DNA of 64,000 bases, from contig OZ242376.1 in NCBI GenBank assembly GCA_965209085.1, forward strand, positions 608,001-672,000, written 5' to 3'. Shown here in pieces: positions 37,975-47,727 of the stretch (its first letter is position 1; each line of letters begins with the position of its first letter). Below the pieces are notes generated by a model. The model did no database searches, was not told the origin of the DNA, and was given only the letters and a program-made list of their open reading frames with translations. The translations under genes were made by a program, and so were the position numbers. This DNA is from Nitrosopumilaceae archaeon. GTDB taxonomy: Archaea; Thermoproteota; Nitrososphaeria; Nitrososphaerales; Nitrosopumilaceae.

Positions 37975-39024
37975 TTATGATGATGCACCGGCCGGCTCTA
38001 AACCGCGCGCAATTCTTACAGCATCAGCTAAACCATCAGCATATCCTATGCACAAAACGGCAAGATCCTCCTCTCCCTGCTCTAAAAACCGTTCAGCATC
38101 CTTGGCATACCTTGAGGCACCATCAAGCACCTCTGCAAGATGTGCATCATTTTTGCACAATTTTTCAGCATCCTTTATCGCCTGTTCAATCATTGGCACG
38201 TATTTTTTTAACATTTGCTTTGGAATACTCGGGGTAAACTCTGAATTATCTGATGGCTCATCAAGGCATTCGGCAAGAGCTTTGATTGAATCTGACTCTG
38301 TAAAATGCAAACTTCCCGGAATGATTATTGCATGCGGTGGGGCGCCAAATTCAACTTTTGCAAGAGTTGATATCTTCCCCGCAGTTATCTTTTGATCCGT
38401 ACCCCCTATCCTTGATGCCACCATGCAAAAAATTCCATCCCCTGCTGCCCCCCGGCGCTGGCCATTTTCAGTATCCTGGAGAATCCTCAGCGCATTTGCC
38501 GGATTTAAAAAATACCCCTTATCCTGGTTGTATTCAAGTAACAGTATGGTATGCGAGCCTTGGACCATATTTTTGTATATTGTATAATAGGGGGTGGTAT
38601 ACTGGCCGGCATTATCCATCATGGTGACCATCCTGCCCACCTTGTACTGGTGCAGACCGCACTCGCCTATCATTGCAGTTAATGCCGAAGCTCCATGAAT
38701 GGTGCGAGCCTTTATTCCCAATAATGCTGCCCTTACGCGCAGCTCTATATGCGTGGTTGCAGCATACGAATCACCCCATGAAATCAGGGATACCGTACCT
38801 TTTTTTGCCTTCTCTAAAATCATGCCGCCATCCTCAACTGCCCATCTTTTTACAGCATGTGTTTTACCTGGTGCAATTTTTTCAATCTCATCAAAGTATT
38901 CGGCATCCGTGGGACTTGTAAACTGTTCTACAAATACAGCATCTGATTCCAGTATTGCATTTTTTGCCTGCAATGTCAGCGATTTTACCCCGCAGAGTCC
39001 AGCTCCTATAAACCAGAGGGTCAT
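37975..39024 (-). CDS. dph5: Diphthine synthase with C-terminal DUF357-like domain
   Basis: LWFIGAGL, EQFTS, GDSYAATTHIEL, IHGASALTA, GLHQYKVGR, HTILLLE, FGAPPHAIIIPGSLHFTE; C-terminal AVLCIGYADGLADA. Confidence 0.92.
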   Translation of the reverse strand: MTLWFIGAGLCGVKSLTLQAKNAILESDAVFVEQFTSPTDAEYFDEIEKIAPGKTHAVKRWAVEDGGMILEKAKKGTVSLISWGDSYAATTHIELRVRAALLGIKARTIHGASALTAMIGECGLHQYKVGRMVTMMDNAGQYTTPYYTIYKNMVQGSHTILLLEYNQDKGYFLNPANALRILQDTENGQRRGAAGDGIFCMVASRIGGTDQKITAGKISTLAKVEFGAPPHAIIIPGSLHFTESDSIKALAECLDEPSDNSEFTPSIPKQMLKKYVPMIEQAIKDAEKLCKNDAHLAEVLDGASRYAKDAERFLEQGEEDLAVLCIGYADGLADAVRIARGLEPAGASS

Positions 39025-40139
39025 TTCTTTTTTTTATCGTGCAGCCGTTTCAAGTTGCCTAGCACGCATTTTAAGACCTCTATTCCGCGAAGATACTCAT
39101 TTATCGAGACTGATTCATTGACAGTATGCGATGCGTGCGGGTCCCCAGGTCCGTACGTGACAACCGGTATGTTAAACCTGTTTCCAACCACGTTCATATC
39201 CCCGGTACCGGTCTTGCGTATAAGCTGGATTCTATTGACATTAGCAGCTGCTGCACTCAGATTAAATGCGCGAACCAGGGGTGAGTTATGGTCTGCCTCA
39301 AAGGGTTCAGTCTCATCAAGTATGGAATGAAACGCCTCAACGCCCCTCTCCTTTGATGCAGACTGGACAGCATTTGAGACCTGCTCCTCTATCTGCCCGC
39401 AGCTTGTTCCAACGGGGATGCGTATGTCTATTGTAGCGCGGCACTCTCCGGGGGTTACATTATGACTTGTACCTCCATTTATCTCAGTCAAGGTGGCAGT
39501 AACTGCCTGCCATTTGGCAGTATCCTCATCCATATTCTCAACATTCTCCTTTATGCGTTTGACAAAATACACAGCCTCCTCTATGGCGTTCTTTGAGAGC
39601 CACGGGGCACTGGCGTGCGAGCTATCCGGCGCCTTTATGCGCAAACTTGTGGCAAGCCTTCCCTTGTATGCAATGGTGACTTTGCCCGTACCGCTAGGCT
39701 CGCCAAATATTGCATAATCAATGTCGAGCTTTTTTGATGCAATATTTTTAATTCCAGTGGCGCTTCCCTCCTCATCCACGGCTCCGACAAACATTACAGT
39801 ACCCATGTTCTCATCAATGGATGCTGCTGCAAACAGCATTGCCATCAGGGGGGCTTTGGCATCAGAGGCGCCGCGGCCAAACAATCTATCCTTATCTCTT
39901 TTGACTGTAATTTTACCCGGAACTGTATCCATATGACCGCACAGCATTATGGTAGGTGAGCCGTTCCCCTTTACTGCCAAAACATTGCCCACATCATCTG
40001 TGCGTATGTCATGAAATCCCAAATCAGTACACACTCTTGCAATATATTCTGCCATGGGTTTTTCTGCAAGTGATGGCGTGTACAATCCAAGGGTGTGGAT
40101 GAGCGCCTTTACTGCAAAATCATCTGTTAGATTTGACAA
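39021..40139 (-). CDS. lysK: [LysW]-lysine/[LysW]-ornithine hydrolase (M20 peptidase)
   Basis: CGHMDTVPG, GRGASDAK, VDEEG, GEPS, HAS, YGPGD..SHT motifs; lys operon context. Confidence 0.92.
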   Translation of the reverse strand: MSNLTDDFAVKALIHTLGLYTPSLAEKPMAEYIARVCTDLGFHDIRTDDVGNVLAVKGNGSPTIMLCGHMDTVPGKITVKRDKDRLFGRGASDAKAPLMAMLFAAASIDENMGTVMFVGAVDEEGSATGIKNIASKKLDIDYAIFGEPSGTGKVTIAYKGRLATSLRIKAPDSSHASAPWLSKNAIEEAVYFVKRIKENVENMDEDTAKWQAVTATLTEINGGTSHNVTPGECRATIDIRIPVGTSCGQIEEQVSNAVQSASKERGVEAFHSILDETEPFEADHNSPLVRAFNLSAAAANVNRIQLIRKTGTGDMNVVGNRFNIPVVTYGPGDPHASHTVNESVSINEYLRGIEVLKCVLGNLKRLHDKKKK

Positions 40140-40988
40140 TTATTTTCCAGCTCCTGCCGCATACTCTATCATGAGTTTTGCAATATCCACCCCGCATACG
40201 CGCACGGTATTTTTAAACTCGGTGGTATTGTTCACCTCGTGCACCAAAAGACCGCGCTCACTCTCCATTAGATCAACACCTACAATATTCCCCCCGACTG
40301 CCTCTTTTGCCTTTATGCAAATATTTTCCATCTCTGATGTTACAGGACATTTCTCAGCTCTTCCGCCAAGTGACATGTTTGTCTTCCACTCACCTGTCCC
40401 CGAATACCGGTATATTGCAGCCACTACGCTGTCTCCTATAACTATGGCACGTATGTCCCTCTCTGGGCGTTTGACAAACTCTTCAAGATAGTGTATCTGG
40501 TATATGGGGTGGAGGTTTTCGCGCGCATCAAGTATTGCATCAGCTGATTCAGCATCCTGCACCTTTGCAACCATGCGGCCCCAGCTGCCAACAGTCGGCT
40601 TTGAGACTATGGGGTATCCTCGCATCTCCATAGTCTCAATGGCGCCTGATTTTGAAAACGCAACATCAGCTTTTGGAGTTGGAACATTGTATTTGCGAAG
40701 CAGCATGTGCGAGTAGAGTTTGTTCCCAGCATAAATGCCAGTCTTTAAGGGGTTTATCACCTTGCATCCTGCCCCTTCAAGCGCAGCTGTTGCATGGACA
40801 TTTCTGTAATAGCTGACGCATCTTTGCAAAACAACGCCATACTCTGGAGCATCCGCATCCAAATCAAAATGCTCTTCTCTGCAATCTCTCATGCAAACTG
40901 TAATGTTGGATTTTTTTGAAGCCTCTGCAAGGGATTTTTCCTCCCACCGTACCGTATCGTACAGGACTGTGACCCCCTGATAGGTCAC
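40140..40988 (-). CDS. lysX: Alpha-aminoadipate--LysW ligase (ATP-grasp, RimK family)
   Basis: RWEEK, LQRCVS, KPTVGSWGR, RDIRAIVIG, WKTN, EVNNTTEFKNT (Asn-Thr, LysX-type signature). Confidence 0.9.
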   Translation of the reverse strand: MTYQGVTVLYDTVRWEEKSLAEASKKSNITVCMRDCREEHFDLDADAPEYGVVLQRCVSYYRNVHATAALEGAGCKVINPLKTGIYAGNKLYSHMLLRKYNVPTPKADVAFSKSGAIETMEMRGYPIVSKPTVGSWGRMVAKVQDAESADAILDARENLHPIYQIHYLEEFVKRPERDIRAIVIGDSVVAAIYRYSGTGEWKTNMSLGGRAEKCPVTSEMENICIKAKEAVGGNIVGVDLMESERGLLVHEVNNTTEFKNTVRVCGVDIAKLMIEYAAGAGK

Positions 40989-41152
40989 TGTCCCCAGTCC
41001 TCGCCTACACTCTGTGCCGGTTTTAGGATGAATTTGTCCCCATCCTTTCTCAACTCAAAGCTTGCGCCGCACTCGGGGCAGGTGGTAATCTCGCCTGCCA
41101 TCGAATCTGAAGGTATTGAGATATCTGCATCACATTCTTCACATTTTGCCAA
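40985..41152 (-). CDS. lysW: LysW amino-group carrier protein, 55 aa, C-terminus EDWGQ (not in ORF track)
   Basis: Hand translation from TTG at 41152: MAKCEECDADISIPSDSMAGEITTCPECGASFELRKDGDKFILKPAQSVGEDWGQ*. Two CxxC motifs; stop overlaps the lysX start (GTGA). Confidence 0.93.
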   Translation of the reverse strand: MAKCEECDADISIPSDSMAGEITTCPECGASFELRKDGDKFILKPAQSVGEDWGQ

Positions 41153-41153
41153 T

Positions 41154-42341
41154 CTATTCACCACCGTTTGAGCGTCTCTTATCGCCTATTATCTTTTTTT
41201 CCACCCTCTCATCAAGTGGTATGTCTATGAGATCGCCCATTCTAAGATCTTTAAGCCCAGCTGCTAACCGTTTTGCCGACTTTGCATCAGCATCAAGACC
41301 CAACATGGACAAAAGATATGCAGACCCTGTCTTTCCTGCCAGCTCGCCAAATACTATTCTTCTGTGGTTGCCAACGGTTCTAGGGGGTATGGGCTCATAA
41401 GCTGCTGGATTTTTCAAAATGGCAGCTAGGTGCGTACCAGCTTTATGTTTGTATGCTGATGATCCGACAATGGGTTTTGAATCATAGGGCGCAATTTTGG
41501 TATAATCCTCTATGAGGCGCGATAAATCCTGCAGCATGTCAAGTCGGAAATCATTTGGGGATTTAAACAGGTATGTCAGACCCACTGCAACCTCAGCTAG
41601 TGCGGGAATTCCTGTTCTCTCGCCAATGCCGTCAATTGTAGTGTGTATCTGGCTGACTCCTGCCTCGCATGCGGCAAACGCGTTTGCAAGTGCAAATCCC
41701 ATATCGTTGTGAGCGTGCACGTCCAGGGCGACATTTGTAATTTTGCGCACCCTGCTTACAAAATTATACATTCCGCGCGGCCGCAGTATCCCGACAGTAT
41801 CTGGAAGACTGATGCGGTCAACTCCGGCTTTGGTTATGGTGCGGCACATTTTATCCATGAATTCCGGTTCTGCCCGACTTCCATCCTCTATTGTAAACCG
41901 TATTTTAAGACCGTGTGATTTTGCATACTCTACTGTATCAACTGCCCTCTCCAGGGCCTGCTCTTGCGTTATTCTCAGTTTGTCGCGCAAATGCACTTTT
42001 GATATTCCAAGGTATGCTGCCACCCATTTTGCATCACAGTCAAGGGATACGTCAATATCTTCGCGCAATGCCCTGCCATGGGATACGATATCTGCACTCA
42101 GTCCCTGTTTGATTATAGTCTTTACTGCTTTTTTATGATCATTTGATATCACAGGAGATATCTCTATTTGATCAACTCCAAAGTAATCAAGCATCCATGC
42201 TATCTGTATGCGCTGTTTGTTTGTAAATGAAACCCCGGGGTGCTGCTCACCTTCCCGCAACGTACTATCTAGCACTGATATTTTTTTTTGGTTTGAATCG
42301 TATTCATTGTATGCATCCGCATACATGTTTGGATTTTCCAT
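41154..42341 (-). CDS. lysS: Homocitrate synthase (LeuA/HMGL-like family)
   Basis: LDSTLREGEQ, LPDTVG, HAHNDMG, GIGERTG, HKAGTH; start at ATG 42341 or GTG 42353. Confidence 0.85.
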   Translation of the reverse strand: MENPNMYADAYNEYDSNQKKISVLDSTLREGEQHPGVSFTNKQRIQIAWMLDYFGVDQIEISPVISNDHKKAVKTIIKQGLSADIVSHGRALREDIDVSLDCDAKWVAAYLGISKVHLRDKLRITQEQALERAVDTVEYAKSHGLKIRFTIEDGSRAEPEFMDKMCRTITKAGVDRISLPDTVGILRPRGMYNFVSRVRKITNVALDVHAHNDMGFALANAFAACEAGVSQIHTTIDGIGERTGIPALAEVAVGLTYLFKSPNDFRLDMLQDLSRLIEDYTKIAPYDSKPIVGSSAYKHKAGTHLAAILKNPAAYEPIPPRTVGNHRRIVFGELAGKTGSAYLLSMLGLDADAKSAKRLAAGLKDLRMGDLIDIPLDERVEKKIIGDKRRSNGGE

Positions 42342-42357
42342 AAAGTTATTCACAGAA

Positions 42358-42418
42358 TGGCGGATATAAACATATTTGAGCGGATTCCGCTATTTTTTAC
42401 CATAAACATAGCGGATTT
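42358..42418 (-). promoter_or_regulatory. Putative internal promoter for lysS-lysW-lysX-lysK with palindromic operator-like sites
   Basis: TTTATAT on the minus strand at 42365-42371, 24-30 nt before ATG 42341; palindrome AGCGGA-T-TCCGCT at 42379-42391; TCCGCTAT..ATAGCGGA inverted repeat 42386-42415. Confidence 0.5.
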
Positions 42419-42423
42419 CACTA

Positions 42424-42840
42424 TTATACCGTGCGCAGTATTATCACAGTATTTGTATCAGATACGCCTGTAACTTTGCGCAGCGCATCAATGCTGCCGT
42501 TTAATGATGCAATGTTTTCTGCACTCATTATTACTGCAATATCATACTGTCCGGTAATTTCATAGACTGTGCGAATATCGGATAGTTTTTTTAATTTTTT
42601 TGAAACAAGCGCAGTATCAGCTGCTGAATCAACTGAGACTAAAACTATGGCCTTTGTTGAATTTGCATCATCCTGCTCTACGGTAAACCGCCTTATTGTA
42701 CCTGCATCCTGCATATTTTTTATGCGCCGTCTAACTGCTGTCTCTGAGAGTCTTGTTGCCTCCCCTATAGAGGATACTGATTCGCGGGAATTGTTACTAA
42801 GAATCTGCAGTATTTTTTTGTCAGTTGAATCATTTTGCAT
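42424..42840 (-). CDS. lysM: Lrp/AsnC-family regulator LysM
   Basis: DSTDKKILQIL..NSR, LSETAVRRRIKNM HTH, YEITGQYDI; likely start ATG 42840 overlapping the lysJ end. Confidence 0.88.
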   Translation of the reverse strand: MQNDSTDKKILQILSNNSRESVSSIGEATRLSETAVRRRIKNMQDAGTIRRFTVEQDDANSTKAIVLVSVDSAADTALVSKKLKKLSDIRTVYEITGQYDIAVIMSAENIASLNGSIDALRKVTGVSDTNTVIILRTV

Positions 42841-44008
42841 TCTGTCTTTCCTCCTCCATTGATAACAGCTCATCAAGTATGCCTAAAACCTTTTGCACTT
42901 GCACCTGCGAGATTGAAAGCGGCGGAAGAAAACGCAGTACGTTTCTTCCGGAATACAGCAACAGTACGCCTTTTTTTATACCATCCATGAGAATATCCTT
43001 TACATCAAATTTCAACTCTACGCCAATCATCAGCCCCATGCCGCGCACCTCTCTGATTATGGAATGTTTTTTTGCCAGCTTTTTTAAACCGTCAATTAAA
43101 ATCCCTCCAACGAATGCAGCATTATCTATTAGAGCATCCTCTTTAAGCGATGTAATTGCAGCACTAGCTGCGGCACACGCAAGCGGATTTCCGCCAAACG
43201 TCGAGGAGTGCTCGCCTTTTGACATTGATGCAATAATTTCAGGTTTTACAAGAGTTGCCCCCATTGGAACCCCGCCTGCAATTCCTTTAGCAATGCATAA
43301 AATATCCGGTATGGTATTCCAGTGCTCGCATGCCCACATGCGCCCCGTACGGCCAAGACCGCACTGTATCTCATCAAAGACTAGCAACGCTCCTCTCTTA
43401 TCGCATATTTTCCGTGCCTCTTGTAAAAATCCCTCAGGAGCTACATGAATTCCACTCTCTCCCTGGATTGGCTCCATTATCACCATTGCAGTCTCATCAT
43501 TTACTGCATTTTGCAGCGCATCTGTATTGCCAAAGGGCACAAACTCGACTTTATCAACTAGGGGTGCAAAGCTTTTCCTATACTTTGGATTAAACGTCAG
43601 TGAGAGCGCCCCCATGGATTTTCCATGATATGATCCCCTCATTGCAACCATGTGTTTCTTACCTGTATACTTGCGGGCAAATTTTATGGCAGCCTCTACA
43701 GCTTCGGCCCCGCTGTTGTTTAGGTGAACCTGTGATAGGCCCTCCGGCGCCATTGAAATCAGTTTTTTCAAAAACCGCAGGCGGGTGGTATTATACATTG
43801 AGCCGTGCACGGTGATAATCTCATCCAACTGTTCCCGGAGCGCCTTTACAACGCGCTCGTTTCTATGACCAACAAGGGCTACGCCATACCCGCCCATGCA
43901 GTCGATGTATTCTTTTCCACTCTCATCCCAGACGATGGAGCCTTTGCCTTTGCGTATTGTAACTGGAAATTTCTGATACAAATTTCCCATAAATTCCTCC
44001 TCACTCAT
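42830..44008 (-). CDS. lysJ: [LysW]-aminoadipate/glutamate semialdehyde transaminase (class III aminotransferase)
   Basis: NSGAEAVEAAIK, SYHGKS, MEPIQGESG, FDEIQCGLGRTG, AKGIAGG, HSSTFGGNP; start ATG 44008 in an ATGA overlap with lysZ. Confidence 0.92.
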   Translation of the reverse strand: MSEEEFMGNLYQKFPVTIRKGKGSIVWDESGKEYIDCMGGYGVALVGHRNERVVKALREQLDEIITVHGSMYNTTRLRFLKKLISMAPEGLSQVHLNNSGAEAVEAAIKFARKYTGKKHMVAMRGSYHGKSMGALSLTFNPKYRKSFAPLVDKVEFVPFGNTDALQNAVNDETAMVIMEPIQGESGIHVAPEGFLQEARKICDKRGALLVFDEIQCGLGRTGRMWACEHWNTIPDILCIAKGIAGGVPMGATLVKPEIIASMSKGEHSSTFGGNPLACAAASAAITSLKEDALIDNAAFVGGILIDGLKKLAKKHSIIREVRGMGLMIGVELKFDVKDILMDGIKKGVLLLYSGRNVLRFLPPLSISQVQVQKVLGILDELLSMEEERQNAK

Positions 44009-44808
44009 TGCTCTATCACCGTGCATTCCCTGTGATTAAGAGCAGCTGAGATTGGATTTTCCCTCTTGCCGTTTGCAATCAGTGCCTCGCCCACGCCCAT
44101 TTCAATTGCCTCAGTTGATGCCAATATTTTTTTTTCCATTCCAGGACCAATTGTGGGTATAATCTCTTTTGCGCGCTTTAAATTCAGATGCTTTACAAGA
44201 TTTTTCTCACCATCCAACAATCCGTCCACGTTTGTGATGAAAATGACGCATTTTGATTTTGTAGCACCTGCAATGTATGCTGCCGCCCTGTCCCCGTCCA
44301 CGTTTAAAAAATCCGACTCCTCACTTGCTGCCACAGGTGAGATTACGGGGACCATTTTATTTTCCACCAGATATTTTAAAAAATTGGAATTTACCCCAGT
44401 TATCCTGCCAGTATATCCGCCATCAATTGCCTGCTTTCTCCCCTTTTCGTTTACGATGAGCAGCCGTTTTTTGCGCTCTGCCTGTATCAGGCGTCCGTCA
44501 ATTCCTGAGAGTCCGACTGCGTTTATGCCGTTTTTCTGCAAAATCCGCACAATGTTTTTGCCAATGCGGCCTGCCATTACCATTGTAAATATCTCCGATG
44601 TCCGCATATCCGTATACCTGCTCTTTATTCCGCTCGGGGATGTGACAAATTCCGGTTTCACTCCTAGCTGTAATGATACCCGGCTTACCTCTTTTGCCCC
44701 CCCGTGAACTAAAATTAGACCCTGCTTGAGGGCGGTTTTTTTCATATCATCAATGACTGATTCGTGCAGCTCATCTACAACACTGCCGCCTATCTTTATT
44801 GTAATCAT
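44005..44808 (-). CDS. lysZ: [LysW]-aminoadipate/glutamate kinase
   Basis: MITIKIGGS, LVHGGA, SRYTD, GGYTGRI, LNVDGDRAA, GMEKKI. Confidence 0.92.
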   Translation of the reverse strand: MITIKIGGSVVDELHESVIDDMKKTALKQGLILVHGGAKEVSRVSLQLGVKPEFVTSPSGIKSRYTDMRTSEIFTMVMAGRIGKNIVRILQKNGINAVGLSGIDGRLIQAERKKRLLIVNEKGRKQAIDGGYTGRITGVNSNFLKYLVENKMVPVISPVAASEESDFLNVDGDRAAAYIAGATKSKCVIFITNVDGLLDGEKNLVKHLNLKRAKEIIPTIGPGMEKKILASTEAIEMGVGEALIANGKRENPISAALNHRECTVIEQ

Positions 44809-44812
44809 TATT

Positions 44813-45859
44813 TTACACCGGCGTGAGCGGAGTATATGATATACCCGTTGCCTCATCAAGTCCAAACATTACGTTCATGTTTTGAATTGCAGAGCCTGCC
44901 GCTCCTTTCATAAGATTATCCGATGCTGAGAGTACCACCAAACGGTTGTTATCCCTGTCAATGTCAAAACCAATGTCGCAAAAATTCGAGCCTACAAGGA
45001 ATTTTGGATCCGGAAATTTGTAGAGTCCTTTTTTATCCCGTATCAGCCGAATGTGTCTCTCATTACCGTACGCTGCGCGGTATATCTTCCAAATCTCTTT
45101 TTCATCAATGTCTTTTTTCAAAAACGTATGACTGGTGCACAAAATACCCCGGACCACATCAACTGCGTGCGGACTCATTGCAACGCCAATCTTTTCTCCG
45201 GCAATCTCGCTTAGCTCCTGTTCTATCTCTCCGGTATGTCTGTGCCCTGAGGGTTTGTACGGGCGTATTACCCCCGCCCGCATGGCGTGCGCTGTCCCAG
45301 CACCGGCTCCGGCACCTGATGAGCCTATCTTTGAATCAACAATGATGTGTTTTGTATCAATAATATTCTCGCGAATCAGGGGGGCTAGTGCAAGCGTTGC
45401 AGTTACTGCCATGCATCCGGGGCATGATACAATTTTTGCATCTTTGATTTTATCGCGGTGCAGCTCAGGTATGCCAAAGACTGATTTGGCCAAATAGTCC
45501 GGATGCGGATGCTCCCAGCCGTACCACTTGCCGTAATCGTCCGGATTGTGCAGGCGGTAATCTGCACTCAGGTCAATTACCTTTGTGCCCAAATCGTAGA
45601 ATGTTTTTACAATTCCAGTTGCTGTTCCGTGCGGTACTGCGGTAAATACAACATCGCACTCTGATGATATTTTATCATAGTTTAGATCTGAAAATTTTAT
45701 GTCTGTAAACCCCTTTAGGCTCGGCTGTATCCTGTGAAGATACTCTCCGGCATGCTGCCTGGAAGTTACCGTTACAATCTCAGCTTTTGGGTGGTTTATC
45801 AGCAGCCTTATGGTCTCGCCTCCCACGTATCCTGAAGCTCCAATTATGCCCACTTTCAT
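44813..45859 (-). CDS. lysY: [LysW]-aminoadipyl/glutamyl-phosphate reductase (ArgC family)
   Basis: GASGYVGGE, IDLSADYRL, SCPGC, GSSGAG, HRHTGEI, DNLMKGAAG. Confidence 0.93.
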   Translation of the reverse strand: MKVGIIGASGYVGGETIRLLINHPKAEIVTVTSRQHAGEYLHRIQPSLKGFTDIKFSDLNYDKISSECDVVFTAVPHGTATGIVKTFYDLGTKVIDLSADYRLHNPDDYGKWYGWEHPHPDYLAKSVFGIPELHRDKIKDAKIVSCPGCMAVTATLALAPLIRENIIDTKHIIVDSKIGSSGAGAGAGTAHAMRAGVIRPYKPSGHRHTGEIEQELSEIAGEKIGVAMSPHAVDVVRGILCTSHTFLKKDIDEKEIWKIYRAAYGNERHIRLIRDKKGLYKFPDPKFLVGSNFCDIGFDIDRDNNRLVVLSASDNLMKGAAGSAIQNMNVMFGLDEATGISYTPLTPV

Positions 45860-45905
45860 GGTTTGGATTCAAACATGGCTTAATTTATCTTAAAGGTGGG
45901 AGATA

Positions 45906-46802
45906 TTGATAAAAAGGCAAGAACTTGATAGCAATTCTAATGAAAAAAGGTTGATTGGATTGAGATCGCAAAAATTTACAAGAGATAAACTGGCTAGTCG
46001 GATGATTGTGGGGGATACTTTGGATTGTTTAGATAAGATACGCAAAAATAGTATAAAATTGATTGTTACGTCTCCACCATATAATATTGGCAAAGAATAT
46101 GAAAAACAGGAACAATTATCAAAATATTTGAAAAATCAAAAACATGTAATAACGAAATGTATTGATAAATTACGCAATGATGGATCAATGTGCTGGCAAG
46201 TTGGAAGTTTTATTGAAAATGGAGGCACCATACCGTTGGATGTGGTATTGTATTCAATATTTACTGATTTGGGTTTAAAGTTGCGTAATAGAGTAATATG
46301 GCATTTTGGTCATGGACTGCATTGTTCTAAAAGATTATCTGGCAGGTATGAAACAATTTTATGGTTCACAAAAACAGATGACTATACATTCAATTTAGAT
46401 CCCATACGCGTACCCTCAAAATATCCAAACAAGCGATATTTTTCAGGTAAGAAAAAAGGTCAGTTGAGCTGCAATCCGTTAGGCAAGAACCCATCTGACG
46501 TATGGGAGATACCAAATGTTAAACACAATCATGTTGAAAAAACAGAACATCCTGCACAATTTCCAGTGGAACTAGTTGAACGGCTAGTATTATCATTAAC
46601 CAACAAAGGCGACACTGTTTTGGATCCATATATGGGATCCGGGTCTAGCGCCATAGCTGCACTAAAACATAACCGTAAAAGTGTCGGTATTGAAAGAGAG
46701 AAAAAATATGTACAGATTATGAATAAACGATTAACGCTACTAGGTCAAAATAAGCTAGAAACACGACCTATGAATAAGCCAATACATGAGCCAAACAAGT
46801 GA
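45906..46802 (+). CDS. Site-specific DNA methyltransferase (N6_N4 family, beta class, probably m4C)
   Basis: VTSPPYNIG precedes HPAQFP and DPYMGSGS (beta order); GKNPSDVW. Confidence 0.9.
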   Translation: MIKRQELDSNSNEKRLIGLRSQKFTRDKLASRMIVGDTLDCLDKIRKNSIKLIVTSPPYNIGKEYEKQEQLSKYLKNQKHVITKCIDKLRNDGSMCWQVGSFIENGGTIPLDVVLYSIFTDLGLKLRNRVIWHFGHGLHCSKRLSGRYETILWFTKTDDYTFNLDPIRVPSKYPNKRYFSGKKKGQLSCNPLGKNPSDVWEIPNVKHNHVEKTEHPAQFPVELVERLVLSLTNKGDTVLDPYMGSGSSAIAALKHNRKSVGIEREKKYVQIMNKRLTLLGQNKLETRPMNKPIHEPNK

Positions 46803-47295
46803 AAATCAAAGAGAGATATTCCAATCTAAAGGGGGTTTGAATGTAAGATACCTTGAAATTTCAAAAGAAATCGACATGGTGATATCTAACCGGGAGAAAA
46901 ATAAGATTGGCAGGAAATACCATGATCCAAAAAAACTGTACACGGATTTTAAAACAGCATTCGCAAAATTTGAATATGCAAAAGCGTTTTTGTCACTCAA
47001 AAAACAACTGAAATATCCAGCACGGGGAAATGGCAAGCAGATGGATTATTCCAAAGTTTGTGCGCTCAAAGTTCAATTTGGCAAATATTCATTCATGTTT
47101 TATGGCATGTCCAAATTTCAGCAGGCATGTGATGAAAATTTGATAAATGTCAGAATTGAAATTGTCGCAACTTGTGAGATGAACAAAGAGATGTCCGGCG
47201 GTGTGTCATATGAAGAACAGTTGGTAAATGACATAACGGCACCACATAGGCATTACCCATCAGCTCCTGTAAAGATTATAATGATAGAGCCATAG
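46786..47295 (+). pseudogene. Degenerate BglII/BstYI-like type II restriction endonuclease
   Basis: DYSK..ALKVQFGKYSFMFY and EMSGGVSY..PVKII resemble the BglII-like family; the catalytic E-x-Q reads K-V-Q; overlaps the MTase end. Confidence 0.7.
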
Positions 47296-47305
47296 ATCGC
47301 CCACA

Positions 47306-47515
47306 TTGACTTGTAATGGCAAATGCAAACCGTTTAAAAAAATACGGCAATATAATACACCTAATTCCAGATATTGTCAGAATTGCAACATATTCATGGA
47401 ATTGGATAGTGTTCTTTGCCCATGTTGTAATGGCCGGCTCAAAACACGTCCTAGGCACTCAAGCAGACGTAGAGCATATAATGAGAGAATGGGCATAAAT
47501 CTAAATATTGAATGA
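47306..47515 (+). CDS. Small Cys-rich (putative zinc-binding) protein of a thaumarchaeal hypothetical family
   Basis: TCNGKC..RYCQNCNIF..LCPCCNGRLKTRPR pattern. Confidence 0.7.
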   Translation: MTCNGKCKPFKKIRQYNTPNSRYCQNCNIFMELDSVLCPCCNGRLKTRPRHSSRRRAYNERMGINLNIE

Positions 47516-47727
47516 ATTTCAAAATATGCATTCGTATCTATAAAGTCACAAGTTTGGAGAATCATAAAGTGATAAATTTAAACTGCGTAATGCAAGATAA
47601 CATTATGGAAAAAATAAAATCTGGGGCAATACATGAATAACTTTGATACCCTACTGATCATGATTCTCAAAAAATCCAAACTGTGATAAAATCCTGGCAC
47701 TCTACATTTACAGGATAATATTCTCAC

